From: Smithella sp.
GTDB taxonomy: Bacteria; Desulfobacterota; Syntrophia; Syntrophales; Smithellaceae
Reading direction: 5' to 3'
Assembly: GCA_052139735.1 (NCBI GenBank)
Contig: JBKQWB010000019.1
Location: 11,162 to 75,161, forward strand
Length of the DNA stretch: 64,000 bases
Shown here: positions 37,381-46,580 of the stretch, piece by piece
Numbering within the stretch: position 1 is the stretch's first letter
Layout of the letters: every line of letters starts with the position of its first letter
Made by a program: the position numbers and the translations under genes
The notes under the pieces: model-generated
Database searches by the model: none
Seen by the model: the letters and a program-made list of their open reading frames with translations, nothing else
Told to the model about the DNA's origin: nothing

Positions 37381-39087
37381 ATGAGAATCAAACAACGTCT
37401 TGGTGAAATACTTGTAAAGCAAGGGGTTTTGACCGAAGAAATGCTGGCAAAAATCCTGAATGATCAGAAAAAAACCAATTTAAAGATTGGCCAGTTTTTA
37501 ATACGTCAGGGGATTCTTCAGGAAAAACAGATAATAGATTTATTATGCGAGCAACTCAATCTTCAGAAATATCAAATAAACAAGTTTCCTCTGGATCTGA
37601 ATCTGGTGCGTTATATTCCGATTGAATTCGCACAAAAAAATCAAGTGGTACCTTTAAAATTGCAGGGGAATCTTTTGACCGTCGCGGTTGTTGATCCTCT
37701 GGAGACAAAAATCTTCGATTCCATTGAAAGATTAACCAACATGGAAGTCGAACCTGTAATTTGTTCAGAAATGGAAATCAATCAACTCATCAGCAGTATG
37801 TATGGCATGCAATCCGATCTGGGCGATATCATGGAAAACATGGAGATAGAATCCAAGGGTAAAGAAGACGACTCCGAAACCCAGGAAGAAGTCCAGATCA
37901 CATCGTTACAGGATGCGGCGGGAGAGGCGCTGGTTGTTCGTTTGACTAATTCTATTTTTGCTCAGGCCGTTCGCAGCCGAGCAAGTGATATACATATCTC
38001 TCCGCAACAAAATACCGTGCAGTTGCGTTTTCGCATTGACGGACGGCTGATCGAAATGCCCTCGCCTCCCAAATCCATATTTTTATCTGTTATTGCCCGT
38101 CTTAAGATTATAGCCAACATGGATATTACCGTTTCCAGAGTTCCTCAAGACGGCCGATTCACCCTGAAATTGGAGAAAAAGGAAATTAATGTCAGAGTTT
38201 CCTCGATTCCCACAATTCACGGAGAAAATATTGTCATGCGTCTGTTGGATATGAGCGCCGGTATTTATACCCTGGATAGTTTGGGCATGGATGCTGACGA
38301 TATGGCTAAAATAGAAAGCATGAGCAATAAACCTTATGGAATGATTCTAAGCACAGGACCAACGGGAAGCGGCAAAAGCACCAGCCTGTACGCAATCCTG
38401 AGTTCCATAAACAAACCGGATATAAATATAATTACTCTGGAAGATCCCGTCGAATACAGGGTAAATGATATTCGCCAGGTGCAGTTAAACACTAAAGCGG
38501 GAATGACTTTTGCCGGCGGCTTGCGTTCAATTCTTCGTCAGGACCCGGATGTTATTATGGTTGGTGAGATTAGAGATGCGGAGACTGCCGCGGTATCGGT
38601 ACAGGCGGCGCAAACGGGGCATAGAGTTTTGAGCACTGTTCATACGAATGATGCCGCGGGAGTTATAACACGATTTATCGATATGGGCATTGAGCCTTTC
38701 CTGATTTCATCTGTTCTGATAGTTTCTTTCGCTCAAAGATTAGTGCGTACTGTTTGTCCCTATTGCAGGGAACCTTATAATCCACCGGTGAAAGCTCTTA
38801 CTGCATTTGGAATAACAGAAACAGAAGCAAATAACGCTAATTTCCAACGCGGTAAAGGTTGCAACCAATGCAAGAATACCGGCTACAAGGGGAGAACAGG
38901 TGTTTTTGAGGTTTTGGCGATTGATGAGATGATTCAGGGTATGATTGTTAATCAAAGGTCGAGTCCCGAAATCACGCGCGCCGCGGTAGCTGCCGGGAAA
39001 TTAAAAACATTACAAAAAGACGCAGCCCAAAAAGTTGTTCAAGGGATAACAACTCTGGAAGAAGCGGCTTCCGCTGTTATGACTTAA
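37381..39087 (+). CDS. Type IV pilus / T2SS assembly ATPase (GspE/PilB family) with MshEN-type N-terminal domain
   Basis: Walker A GPTGSGKSTS. Asp box, His box and tetracysteine (CPYC...CNQC) are present. The N-terminus carries two copies of the MshEN c-di-GMP-binding motif. Confidence 0.92.
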   Translation: MRIKQRLGEILVKQGVLTEEMLAKILNDQKKTNLKIGQFLIRQGILQEKQIIDLLCEQLNLQKYQINKFPLDLNLVRYIPIEFAQKNQVVPLKLQGNLLTVAVVDPLETKIFDSIERLTNMEVEPVICSEMEINQLISSMYGMQSDLGDIMENMEIESKGKEDDSETQEEVQITSLQDAAGEALVVRLTNSIFAQAVRSRASDIHISPQQNTVQLRFRIDGRLIEMPSPPKSIFLSVIARLKIIANMDITVSRVPQDGRFTLKLEKKEINVRVSSIPTIHGENIVMRLLDMSAGIYTLDSLGMDADDMAKIESMSNKPYGMILSTGPTGSGKSTSLYAILSSINKPDINIITLEDPVEYRVNDIRQVQLNTKAGMTFAGGLRSILRQDPDVIMVGEIRDAETAAVSVQAAQTGHRVLSTVHTNDAAGVITRFIDMGIEPFLISSVLIVSFAQRLVRTVCPYCREPYNPPVKALTAFGITETEANNANFQRGKGCNQCKNTGYKGRTGVFEVLAIDEMIQGMIVNQRSSPEITRAAVAAGKLKTLQKDAAQKVVQGITTLEEAASAVMT

Positions 39088-39105
39088 AATAAATAAGGAT
39101 GAAAA

Positions 39106-40323
39106 ATGCCCAAATATACTTACCAGGCCATTAACAGTATTGGAGAGGAAGTTTCCGGGAAATTAGAGGCGGAATCAGTTGAAACTGCAAAATTCGTACT
39201 GATTTCCCGCGAACTTATACCGTCAAAAATTAAAGAACAACAGGGGAGTAATGATTGGTTAAATGCGTTATCCGTGATGGGCAAAGTTAAAACGATGGAT
39301 CTGATCATGTTTACAAAACAGTTCCATTCCATGCTGGTTGCGGGGATACCGATATTAAGAATTTTGTCTATTCTGGAGGATCAGACAGAAAGCAAAGGTT
39401 TGAGGCAGGCGATATCAATAATTATTAAAGATATCAATCAAGGTTTGTCTCTTTCTGATTCGATGCAAAAACACCCCAAAATATTTGACCGACTTTACTG
39501 TGACATGATCAGGGCAGGTGAAGTCAGTGGAAGTGTGCCGGTCGTTTTAGAGCGATTGATTTACATTATTGAACATGAGGCAAAAGTCAGGTCAGACATA
39601 AAATCGGCGCTGAGATATCCATTAATAGTCGTTATAGCCTTATCTATCGCTTTTATAGTTCTCTTAACTTTTGTAATACCTCAATTTGTTACTATTTTTA
39701 CCTCAGCCGGTTTGGTTTTACCCTGGCCGACAAAAATTGCCATGCTTTTATACGGTATTATTCATAATTACTGGTATTTAATGCTTGGCGCTATATTAAT
39801 AATTGTTTTTGGCTTGCGTTTCTATTTTAAAACAAGCAACGGTAAATTCGTAAAGGATTCCTTTTTATTAGAAATTCCTATAGTAGGGCCAGTATTCAAA
39901 AAGGCGGCATTATCACGTTTTGCCAGTATTTTTGCTATCTTACAAACAAGCGGCGTTCCCATTATGCAATCATTGACCATACTTTCGGCTACAATGGGTA
40001 ATGAGGCCCTTACGCGAACTTTTGATCATATCCGTGAGCGTATTAAAGAAGGGGCCGGAATTTCGGCGCCATTAAAATCATCAAAATATTTTACCCCAAT
40101 GGTTATTGATATGATAGCGATCGGTGAAGAGTCAGGAAAGATTGATGAAATGATGCGGGCAGTCGCATTACATTATGACAGCGAGGTTGAGTACGCTGTT
40201 AAAGCGCTTTCCGACGCGATTGGACCGATTCTAATCGTTGGTTTAGCCGCGGTCGTGGGATTTTTTGCTTTAGCCATATTTATGCCGATGTGGGATCTTA
40301 CTCAGATGGTAACAAAACATTGA
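39106..40323 (+). CDS. Type IV pilus / T2SS platform protein (PilC/GspF/MshG family)
   Basis: 405 aa. Duplicated GspF domain with 3 TM helices. Motifs include IRAGEVSG and IAIGEESGKIDEMM. Confidence 0.9.
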   Translation: MPKYTYQAINSIGEEVSGKLEAESVETAKFVLISRELIPSKIKEQQGSNDWLNALSVMGKVKTMDLIMFTKQFHSMLVAGIPILRILSILEDQTESKGLRQAISIIIKDINQGLSLSDSMQKHPKIFDRLYCDMIRAGEVSGSVPVVLERLIYIIEHEAKVRSDIKSALRYPLIVVIALSIAFIVLLTFVIPQFVTIFTSAGLVLPWPTKIAMLLYGIIHNYWYLMLGAILIIVFGLRFYFKTSNGKFVKDSFLLEIPIVGPVFKKAALSRFASIFAILQTSGVPIMQSLTILSATMGNEALTRTFDHIRERIKEGAGISAPLKSSKYFTPMVIDMIAIGEESGKIDEMMRAVALHYDSEVEYAVKALSDAIGPILIVGLAAVVGFFALAIFMPMWDLTQMVTKH

Positions 40324-40471
40324 TGAAAAAATATTAATCATTGAAATAAGCTGATAATTCTTGACTTTTTACGCTGGAATAATTAGGATAATTAATACGA
40401 AATTTTGCAAGTGAAGTCTTAATAAGCAATAATTAAAAAACAACTAACGGGCATGAAGAAAGGAGGATCAT

Positions 40472-40849
40472 ATGTTAAAAAATGAGAAAGGTTTTACGTT
40501 GATTGAAATCATTGCGGTTCTGGTTATTTTGGGAATTTTAGCCGCAGTGGCTATTCCCAAGTACATTTCCATGATGGACGCAGCAAGAATTGCAGACGCT
40601 CAGGCGGCAATTGCGGAAGTAAAAGCGCAGTGTAGTCAGAATTATGGCTCAGAAATGCTGCAAAACCAAACGAGTTCAGCTGCGGATATTTTGGCTGCTA
40701 TTACAAGCAACGGTGGCCCTTATGTTGGTCCTGATTATACCGTTGCGGCAGCGGCGGCTGCATCGGGCATTCTTATTACTGTAACCGTTGTGAAAAATAA
40801 TACGTTATCTACTGCTCAAACCGGAACGTGGTATTATCCAGGTATGTAA
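40472..40849 (+). CDS. Type IVa major pilin candidate (short, 125 aa precursor)
   Basis: Prepilin leader MLKNEKG / FTLIEIIAVLVILGILAAVAIPKY with Glu+5. RBS AAGGAGGA. Strong terminator downstream. Only one Cys, so no D-region disulfide. Confidence 0.85.
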   Translation: MLKNEKGFTLIEIIAVLVILGILAAVAIPKYISMMDAARIADAQAAIAEVKAQCSQNYGSEMLQNQTSSAADILAAITSNGGPYVGPDYTVAAAAAASGILITVTVVKNNTLSTAQTGTWYYPGM

Positions 40850-40872
40850 GATAAAAATTAGTTCAGGAAAAA

Positions 40873-40903
40873 ATAGCGTGACTCACCTCACGCTATTTTT
40901 TTT
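40873..40903. terminator. Rho-independent terminator between the convergent pilin and GT-C genes
   Basis: Stem ATAGCGTGA / TCACGCTAT with a 6-nt loop. A T-run follows on the plus strand and an A-run precedes, so it could act bidirectionally. Confidence 0.75.
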
Positions 40904-40909
40904 AATTTA

Positions 40910-42988
40910 TCAATTAATGTGGAAGCATTTCTTGGTGATAAATGAAAAATTTTCAATCCTGGGAACGTATATATTTAAATTCTCATCCTTGTTTAATTGT
41001 TGAATATATTCATTTAATTTTAAAGAACCCTGCCAATAAAATAATAGACGAATTTCCTGATTGAGCATCTTGGTGTCGTCAATTTTTTTGTATAATTCAA
41101 TGAGCGCCAGATTAGCATGCGCGTCTTGTGAAGAAAGTGCCCGGACGGATTTCCAGTAATAGATGGCACAGGCATAATTATTTTTTTTGCGGCACGTTTC
41201 GGCCATAATCTTGAGTGCAAACAGTGAATCCGGATCTTTTGTCAGGCATTTTTTGGCGAAATATTGAGCGGCATTAATATCGCCTTCTTTCAATAGAATA
41301 AAACTGTATATTTCTAAGAGCTCAGAATTATCATGATACTTTTTTAATTTATCGCTGATAATTTGTTTTGCCTCTTTAATTTTATTATGTCGGAGTTTTA
41401 TTCTTGCTATAAATATATCATTTTTAATATACTGAGGAAGTATTCTAGAAGAATTTTTTAAGTAATCCAAGGCCAGATCGTCCTGCATTTTATCAAAATA
41501 TAAAAGACCCAGATTACATTCTTGAACCGCAAATATTTCCTTACTTCCATAGTTATTTAAAATCATTGCTTTTTTAAATTCCTGAAGAGCCTCTTCTTTT
41601 TTATTATAAGTATAATAGATCCTGCCTAAGTTGGCATGAGGTCTGCTCAATCGGGGAGATTTATCAATGTTATCAAACCATAAGAGGAAATCGTCGGAGA
41701 ATATTTTATTGCGGTTGTAAGTAGTATCACTTTCGCCAAATAATATTATGGCTATTCCTACCGCAACAATAAACTGAATGATTTTTTTATAAGAGAAATA
41801 ATCAATAGCGTAAATGATGAATTCCGCGCAAGGAATGAACAAAAGCATTGATGGCAGATAGTTGCGATGTTCGTAAATCAATTCCAAACTAAAAACAGAA
41901 CCTTCAATCAAATGATTTAGAAAATAAAAAATAATACAGAAAGAAATCAGTGGGCGTTTTTTGGCGATATAAAAGGCAAAACCAATTATAAGCAATAGCA
42001 ATAAAATTGACGGAATTGTAGTCCATGGCTGCAGCCCAGATCGGGAAACTTCAAAATCATGAATAAGAGTCAGCCGCGAACCGATCGGATAAAATAACAG
42101 GGAAAGATAAAACAGGATGACGCGAGGTTCCGTCAAAAGTCTTTCACCCATTGTGAAATCACGTATTTTATAGTCATTGAGAATGTTAGAGAAATCAACA
42201 TAAATAAAACCGGCGATTAAAATCACAAAAACAGGCAGAAGCGCAATCTTTGTGTACTTAATAACATTTTGTCTGGTAATGCCTTGAATGAGAAATAAAT
42301 CAAAAAGAAAAATGCTGACAGGCAGCATGGCGGCATTTTCTTTGGAAAGTATCGCGGCCAAACCGGAAGTTATGCACAGTATAAAAAACAGGATGGAATA
42401 AGTTGGTTTCTTGGATGTACGGCCTTTGAGATAAAAATACATGGATGTAATATAAAAAAATCCGGCCATAGACGACATCCTCTGAACGATATAGGTGACG
42501 GAAGTTACCATGACGGGATTGACTGCCCAGAAAAAAGTCGCTAATAGCGCTATCGGGTAGGCGATATTTTTGTATTGATCCGTCAGTCGAGGGAGTTTCA
42601 GCGTATTGTAAATAAATAGAAAAAGAAATATAGAAGAGAAGTAATGAATGATAAAATTAACCACATGATATCCGAAAACATCCAATCCGCCAAATTGATG
42701 GTTCAATGCAAAGCTCAAATACGATAAGGGACGTGAAGGTTTTGTCTGGTCTAACCCGTAAATACAATGTTTTATTGCGGACCAGGAAAAAGACTTCATC
42801 TTGATATAAGGATTATCAACAATATTGTTAAAATCGTCAAAATGCCATTCGCCGTAAAAACTGTTCGAATAAATTAAAATCAGAATTATGAGAAGAGTGA
42901 TGAATGTAAAAAGATATTTCGGCGATTCGGAAAATTTAAAATTTATTGGCAAAGAAAATTCATTTTCTTTTGTAAGCATAAAAGGCAC
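40910..42988 (-). CDS. GT-C-fold membrane glycosyltransferase-like protein with C-terminal TPR repeats (TMTC/PMT-like)
   Basis: 692 aa, about 11-13 TM helices. The first-loop acidic motif GEWHFDDFNNIVDNPYI resembles the DD/DE motif of PMT/TMTC O-mannosyltransferases. The C-terminal ~250 aa are TPR repeats. Confidence 0.6.
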   Translation of the reverse strand: MPFMLTKENEFSLPINFKFSESPKYLFTFITLLIILILIYSNSFYGEWHFDDFNNIVDNPYIKMKSFSWSAIKHCIYGLDQTKPSRPLSYLSFALNHQFGGLDVFGYHVVNFIIHYFSSIFLFLFIYNTLKLPRLTDQYKNIAYPIALLATFFWAVNPVMVTSVTYIVQRMSSMAGFFYITSMYFYLKGRTSKKPTYSILFFILCITSGLAAILSKENAAMLPVSIFLFDLFLIQGITRQNVIKYTKIALLPVFVILIAGFIYVDFSNILNDYKIRDFTMGERLLTEPRVILFYLSLLFYPIGSRLTLIHDFEVSRSGLQPWTTIPSILLLLLIIGFAFYIAKKRPLISFCIIFYFLNHLIEGSVFSLELIYEHRNYLPSMLLFIPCAEFIIYAIDYFSYKKIIQFIVAVGIAIILFGESDTTYNRNKIFSDDFLLWFDNIDKSPRLSRPHANLGRIYYTYNKKEEALQEFKKAMILNNYGSKEIFAVQECNLGLLYFDKMQDDLALDYLKNSSRILPQYIKNDIFIARIKLRHNKIKEAKQIISDKLKKYHDNSELLEIYSFILLKEGDINAAQYFAKKCLTKDPDSLFALKIMAETCRKKNNYACAIYYWKSVRALSSQDAHANLALIELYKKIDDTKMLNQEIRLLFYWQGSLKLNEYIQQLNKDENLNIYVPRIENFSFITKKCFHIN

Positions 42989-43165
42989 CTCTGTAAGTAG
43001 TGAGACTAATTCCCGTTAATTCCTTTAGAATTGGTATAATACGCATTTTTCACACGCCTTTGCAAAAAAAAATCTACGATGCTATCCTCTACACATAAAA
43101 TAATCAGCTTCATTTAATATCCTTCATAGTGTGGCGTATATTTTAGCGAAACCTGACAATTACTG

Positions 43166-44146
43166 CTATTGCCGGTTTTTTGTCTGCGCCGGAAAAAATC
43201 TGGATTTCATTACTATCAATATTCCAATAATACCCAGCAACAGTTCGATCATAATATATATCAATCGCATAACAATAGGTAGAATCAGCGCAATATCTAT
43301 ATTTGAAAATTGTTTCAGCATAAAGAACATGGCACCTTCTCTAATGCCCAGACCGCCTGGGCTGAAAAAAGCGACATAGCCCAATACTAATGACACGGAT
43401 AGAGTAGCCATCAGAGCCATTATACCGGAAAAGGGAATATCCATGCCTATACCTTTGGCTAGAAAATACATGCCTATTCCCATAGGAATATAAGAAAGTA
43501 AATACAGCAATTGAATATATAATAGAAGAGATTTCCTCATCTTTAGAGGTTGTATTTCCCTTTTAAATATTTGGTTTATTGGAATTATCAGATAATTTAT
43601 TATCGGGATATTCCATGTGACAAATACAAAATTGAGGATTAGCAGTAGAACAAATACCGAAATTGAAATCACCAAATAGGCCATTTTAAAATAGAGAAGG
43701 TAATAAAGCAAAGCATATATGGCTGAAGCAAAGACCAGGCAAATGAAGCAAATCAGGTTTATGTAAATCAATAGTGTTTTAGAAATCCCTTTAGGTGACA
43801 TCAGTTTTATTTGCGCTGTGTATGACCATATTTTCCCGGGGATATATTTAAGCATGGCCGTTGTATTATATAAGGCAATGCTTTCCCTGAATTTCAACTT
43901 TTTGGGAAGATAGTCATTTACAAAAATTTGCCATATATATGTTTCCATGAGAAATCCAATCGCTGTTACGAAAAACGAAGCGAAAATATAATAAAAATTG
44001 GCGGCAAAATGATATGCCTTCACAGCATCCCAATTTTTTTTAAATTCCAGATAGAAAAAAATACCCGATGCAACTATTACTGTAAATGCAAGAAGATATT
44101 GTATGATTTTCTTTAAATTTATTTTATTGTTTCCATATTGTTTCAT
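43166..44146 (-). CDS. Flippase-like / lysyl-PG-synthase-TM-region family membrane protein (UPF0104)
   Basis: 326 aa, about 8 TM helices. SPGGLGIREGAM motif. Confidence 0.65.
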   Translation of the reverse strand: MKQYGNNKINLKKIIQYLLAFTVIVASGIFFYLEFKKNWDAVKAYHFAANFYYIFASFFVTAIGFLMETYIWQIFVNDYLPKKLKFRESIALYNTTAMLKYIPGKIWSYTAQIKLMSPKGISKTLLIYINLICFICLVFASAIYALLYYLLYFKMAYLVISISVFVLLLILNFVFVTWNIPIINYLIIPINQIFKREIQPLKMRKSLLLYIQLLYLLSYIPMGIGMYFLAKGIGMDIPFSGIMALMATLSVSLVLGYVAFFSPGGLGIREGAMFFMLKQFSNIDIALILPIVMRLIYIMIELLLGIIGILIVMKSRFFPAQTKNRQ

Positions 44147-44213
44147 TGTGGCATCCGCATTTTTTTTATTCAGCCAATCGTATATTTAAGATGATTACCC
44201 CGAACTATTTATA

Positions 44214-44801
44214 TTAGCGTTTCCTTAATCTGTTTTTAAGATCTTGAGTAACTTCAATTTTTAACATCAGCGTATGTCCAATAACCGGCAAAAATCTTGC
44301 TATTTGGTCTAACCCGTGCGCCCACCAAATTTCGCCTGTAACCTTGCCGAATCTTCTTAATTCGCCCACAGAATAAAGCCTCACATGCCCTTCTCCCGCC
44401 GAATATGTCCTCACCTGTCCACCATCGCTCCACCAATCGTCATAACCCAAAAGTCGTTTTATAGGGTCCCAGGGCGAGTTGCGATTACAAGTCAAAATAT
44501 AAATCGTGCCGCCGGTCTTTGTAACCCGCACTGCTTCAGGGATATAATTTATTTCAACATGTTCGAGCACTGCGCATGACCATACGCCATCGAAAACATC
44601 ATCACGGAATGGTAAATGAACGGCTGAACCAGCCACTTTCAAACCCTGCATAGCTTTCAAATATGTAAAATCAAGGTCGAAGCTGACCACATCGCCATCG
44701 AGGTATGAAGTATAATCTCCTCTTCCCGCGCCAAGATCAAGTATAAGCCCATGCAGTTTTTTAGCGCATCTTATCCTGTATTTCGTGATTTTTGAAATCA
44801 T
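44214..44801 (-). CDS. Class I SAM-dependent methyltransferase
   Basis: Motif I ILDLGAGRGDY, FDGVWSCAVLEHV and TKTGGTIYIL. Confidence 0.8.
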   Translation of the reverse strand: MISKITKYRIRCAKKLHGLILDLGAGRGDYTSYLDGDVVSFDLDFTYLKAMQGLKVAGSAVHLPFRDDVFDGVWSCAVLEHVEINYIPEAVRVTKTGGTIYILTCNRNSPWDPIKRLLGYDDWWSDGGQVRTYSAGEGHVRLYSVGELRRFGKVTGEIWWAHGLDQIARFLPVIGHTLMLKIEVTQDLKNRLRKR

Positions 44802-45742
44802 TATTGTCTCTGTATTAATTTTGCCAGCGCATACCTTGTTAAAGGATCGCCCATGAAATAGATATCATAGGGGATTTCTTTTGCGCCAAAAGATTCCTTA
44901 AATTTTTTTACATCAATGAGTTTTCCGCTCGCGCCAAAATTAAAAAATCCGGCACCGGCTTCAATAGCCTCCCTTATCGCTGCGGAAAGCAGAAGATGAT
45001 TAGGGCAATATTTGCCGTAGTCCTTATTTAGAGCGCCAAACCAATAAAAATATTGGCCGGATAACTTCAATAGAACAATTGCTGAAATAACTTGTCCTTC
45101 CAGCATGGAAAGCTTGATTTCAAAATAGGGCTTTCCTGCAAACGTCTGGAAAAAATCAAGAGAATATTTGGGATGACTTTTGCCCCAGCGCCGGTTAGTC
45201 AAGACATATAATTCATAGAAGGCTTTAACTGTTTCTTCGTCATTCCCTTCTGTAATAGCTAAATGAGATTTTTCTCCTTTTCTGATTTGATTCCGTAGTT
45301 TTGAATCAAAATAGTTTTTGAAAATATCTTCATAAGTAGTATTCCCAAACTCAACGACATGAGTGGATGTTCTCACTATTGAAGGCAAATTTATTTGTGG
45401 AAGAATCGAATCGAATGGATTTTGTAAGACGATTGAGATGCCAAGAAACTTTTTCGTACGTTTCATAAGCTCGATGTATAATTCTACTTCGTGCACATCG
45501 ATTCCGCCATATAAGCCTAACGGCAGGCTAAAAGCTATGGGATGCAATCCCATTGATCTTCGTTCTAAAAGCGGCAATATATATTTCTTGCCGCGAGCAT
45601 CAATAGTAACGCTGATATTTTTGTATCCAGTGGCTTGAGAAAGCGTTTCAATGAAGTCCCAGTTTAAAAACGCTAGTGAAACCGGAGTTTGCAAATCGGA
45701 AAAATCGTTTTCACAAGAATAATTTATGCTTTTAATATTCAT
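44801..45742 (-). CDS. FemAB/BioF2-like GNAT-fold acyl(aminoacyl)transferase
   Basis: 313 aa. The C-terminal FYWFGALNKDYGKYCPNHLLLSAAIREAIEAGAGFFNFGASG is typical of the Acetyltransf_6/FemAB-like family. Confidence 0.6.
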   Translation of the reverse strand: MNIKSINYSCENDFSDLQTPVSLAFLNWDFIETLSQATGYKNISVTIDARGKKYILPLLERRSMGLHPIAFSLPLGLYGGIDVHEVELYIELMKRTKKFLGISIVLQNPFDSILPQINLPSIVRTSTHVVEFGNTTYEDIFKNYFDSKLRNQIRKGEKSHLAITEGNDEETVKAFYELYVLTNRRWGKSHPKYSLDFFQTFAGKPYFEIKLSMLEGQVISAIVLLKLSGQYFYWFGALNKDYGKYCPNHLLLSAAIREAIEAGAGFFNFGASGKLIDVKKFKESFGAKEIPYDIYFMGDPLTRYALAKLIQRQ

Positions 45743-46514
45743 TTTTTTTACAATAACAGATTAAATCAAACCATTTTTTGCCCATATATAAATTTCTCAT
45801 AAACGCAGATATACTAAAAAGAAATTGGTAAATAATTTCATCCATGAACGCGAACAAAGGGATTATACCCATGAGAACTTTGAATCTTAATACATTTATG
45901 GATCTATAAAATAAGCCGTTACCGACACCGGGGAGTAATTTATAATTTATCTTTGCAAATTCATTTCCGCATAAATTTTTATAAACTTCCGCAGTCCGAT
46001 TTTTTTTGAATGGTTTGCCATCTTCATTCATTTCAACATATTCGCTATCTCTGACTTGTTCTATGAATAACAGCGATCCTTCAGGTCGTAGTAATTTTGC
46101 CAATTCAGCAATCAGCTGTTTGAGCTTATTATCCTCAATAATATGCTGGAATACCCATGTGGAAAGAATATAATCAAAAGTTTCAGATTCGAAAGGCAGG
46201 GTAATACCGTCATAGACATAAAAAGTAGTATGCGGTCTGTTCTGCCATTTCTGCCGCGCATTCTTAATCATATTGGGAGAAATATCAACGCCATAATAAT
46301 CGGCATTTAGAAGAAAGTCATATTCTAATATTCTGCCAATTCCACACCCAAAATCCAACACTTTTTCGCCTGGACTAATTTCCTTGATAAAAGATTTCAT
46401 GGCCTTTTCATGAACAATCTTCATATATGCAGCCTTCAGACCGGACTTATCATTCGGGTCTATCACGCTGCTATAGTTCTCATCGCTTTTTGCACGTTCC
46501 TGCCATATGTCCAT
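45732..46514 (-). CDS. Class I SAM-dependent methyltransferase
   Basis: Motif I VLDFGCGIGR, FDYILSTWVFQHI and LRPEGSLLFIE. Confidence 0.8.
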   Translation of the reverse strand: MDIWQERAKSDENYSSVIDPNDKSGLKAAYMKIVHEKAMKSFIKEISPGEKVLDFGCGIGRILEYDFLLNADYYGVDISPNMIKNARQKWQNRPHTTFYVYDGITLPFESETFDYILSTWVFQHIIEDNKLKQLIAELAKLLRPEGSLLFIEQVRDSEYVEMNEDGKPFKKNRTAEVYKNLCGNEFAKINYKLLPGVGNGLFYRSINVLRFKVLMGIIPLFAFMDEIIYQFLFSISAFMRNLYMGKKWFDLICYCKKNEY

Positions 46515-46580
46515 ACGTACCTTATTGCATCACTAGAAGCCGTAAATTGAAGCTGCCAAAACCCATCATCAAAAATCCAA

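Noticed and set aside
40369-40471. Sigma54 (-24/-12) promoter upstream of the pilin gene
   Set aside because: I looked for TGGCAC-N5-TTGC. A TGG and a TTGCA are present but about 30 nt apart, which is incompatible spacing. Only a mediocre sigma70-like TTGACT-17-TAGGAT is visible, so no promoter is called.
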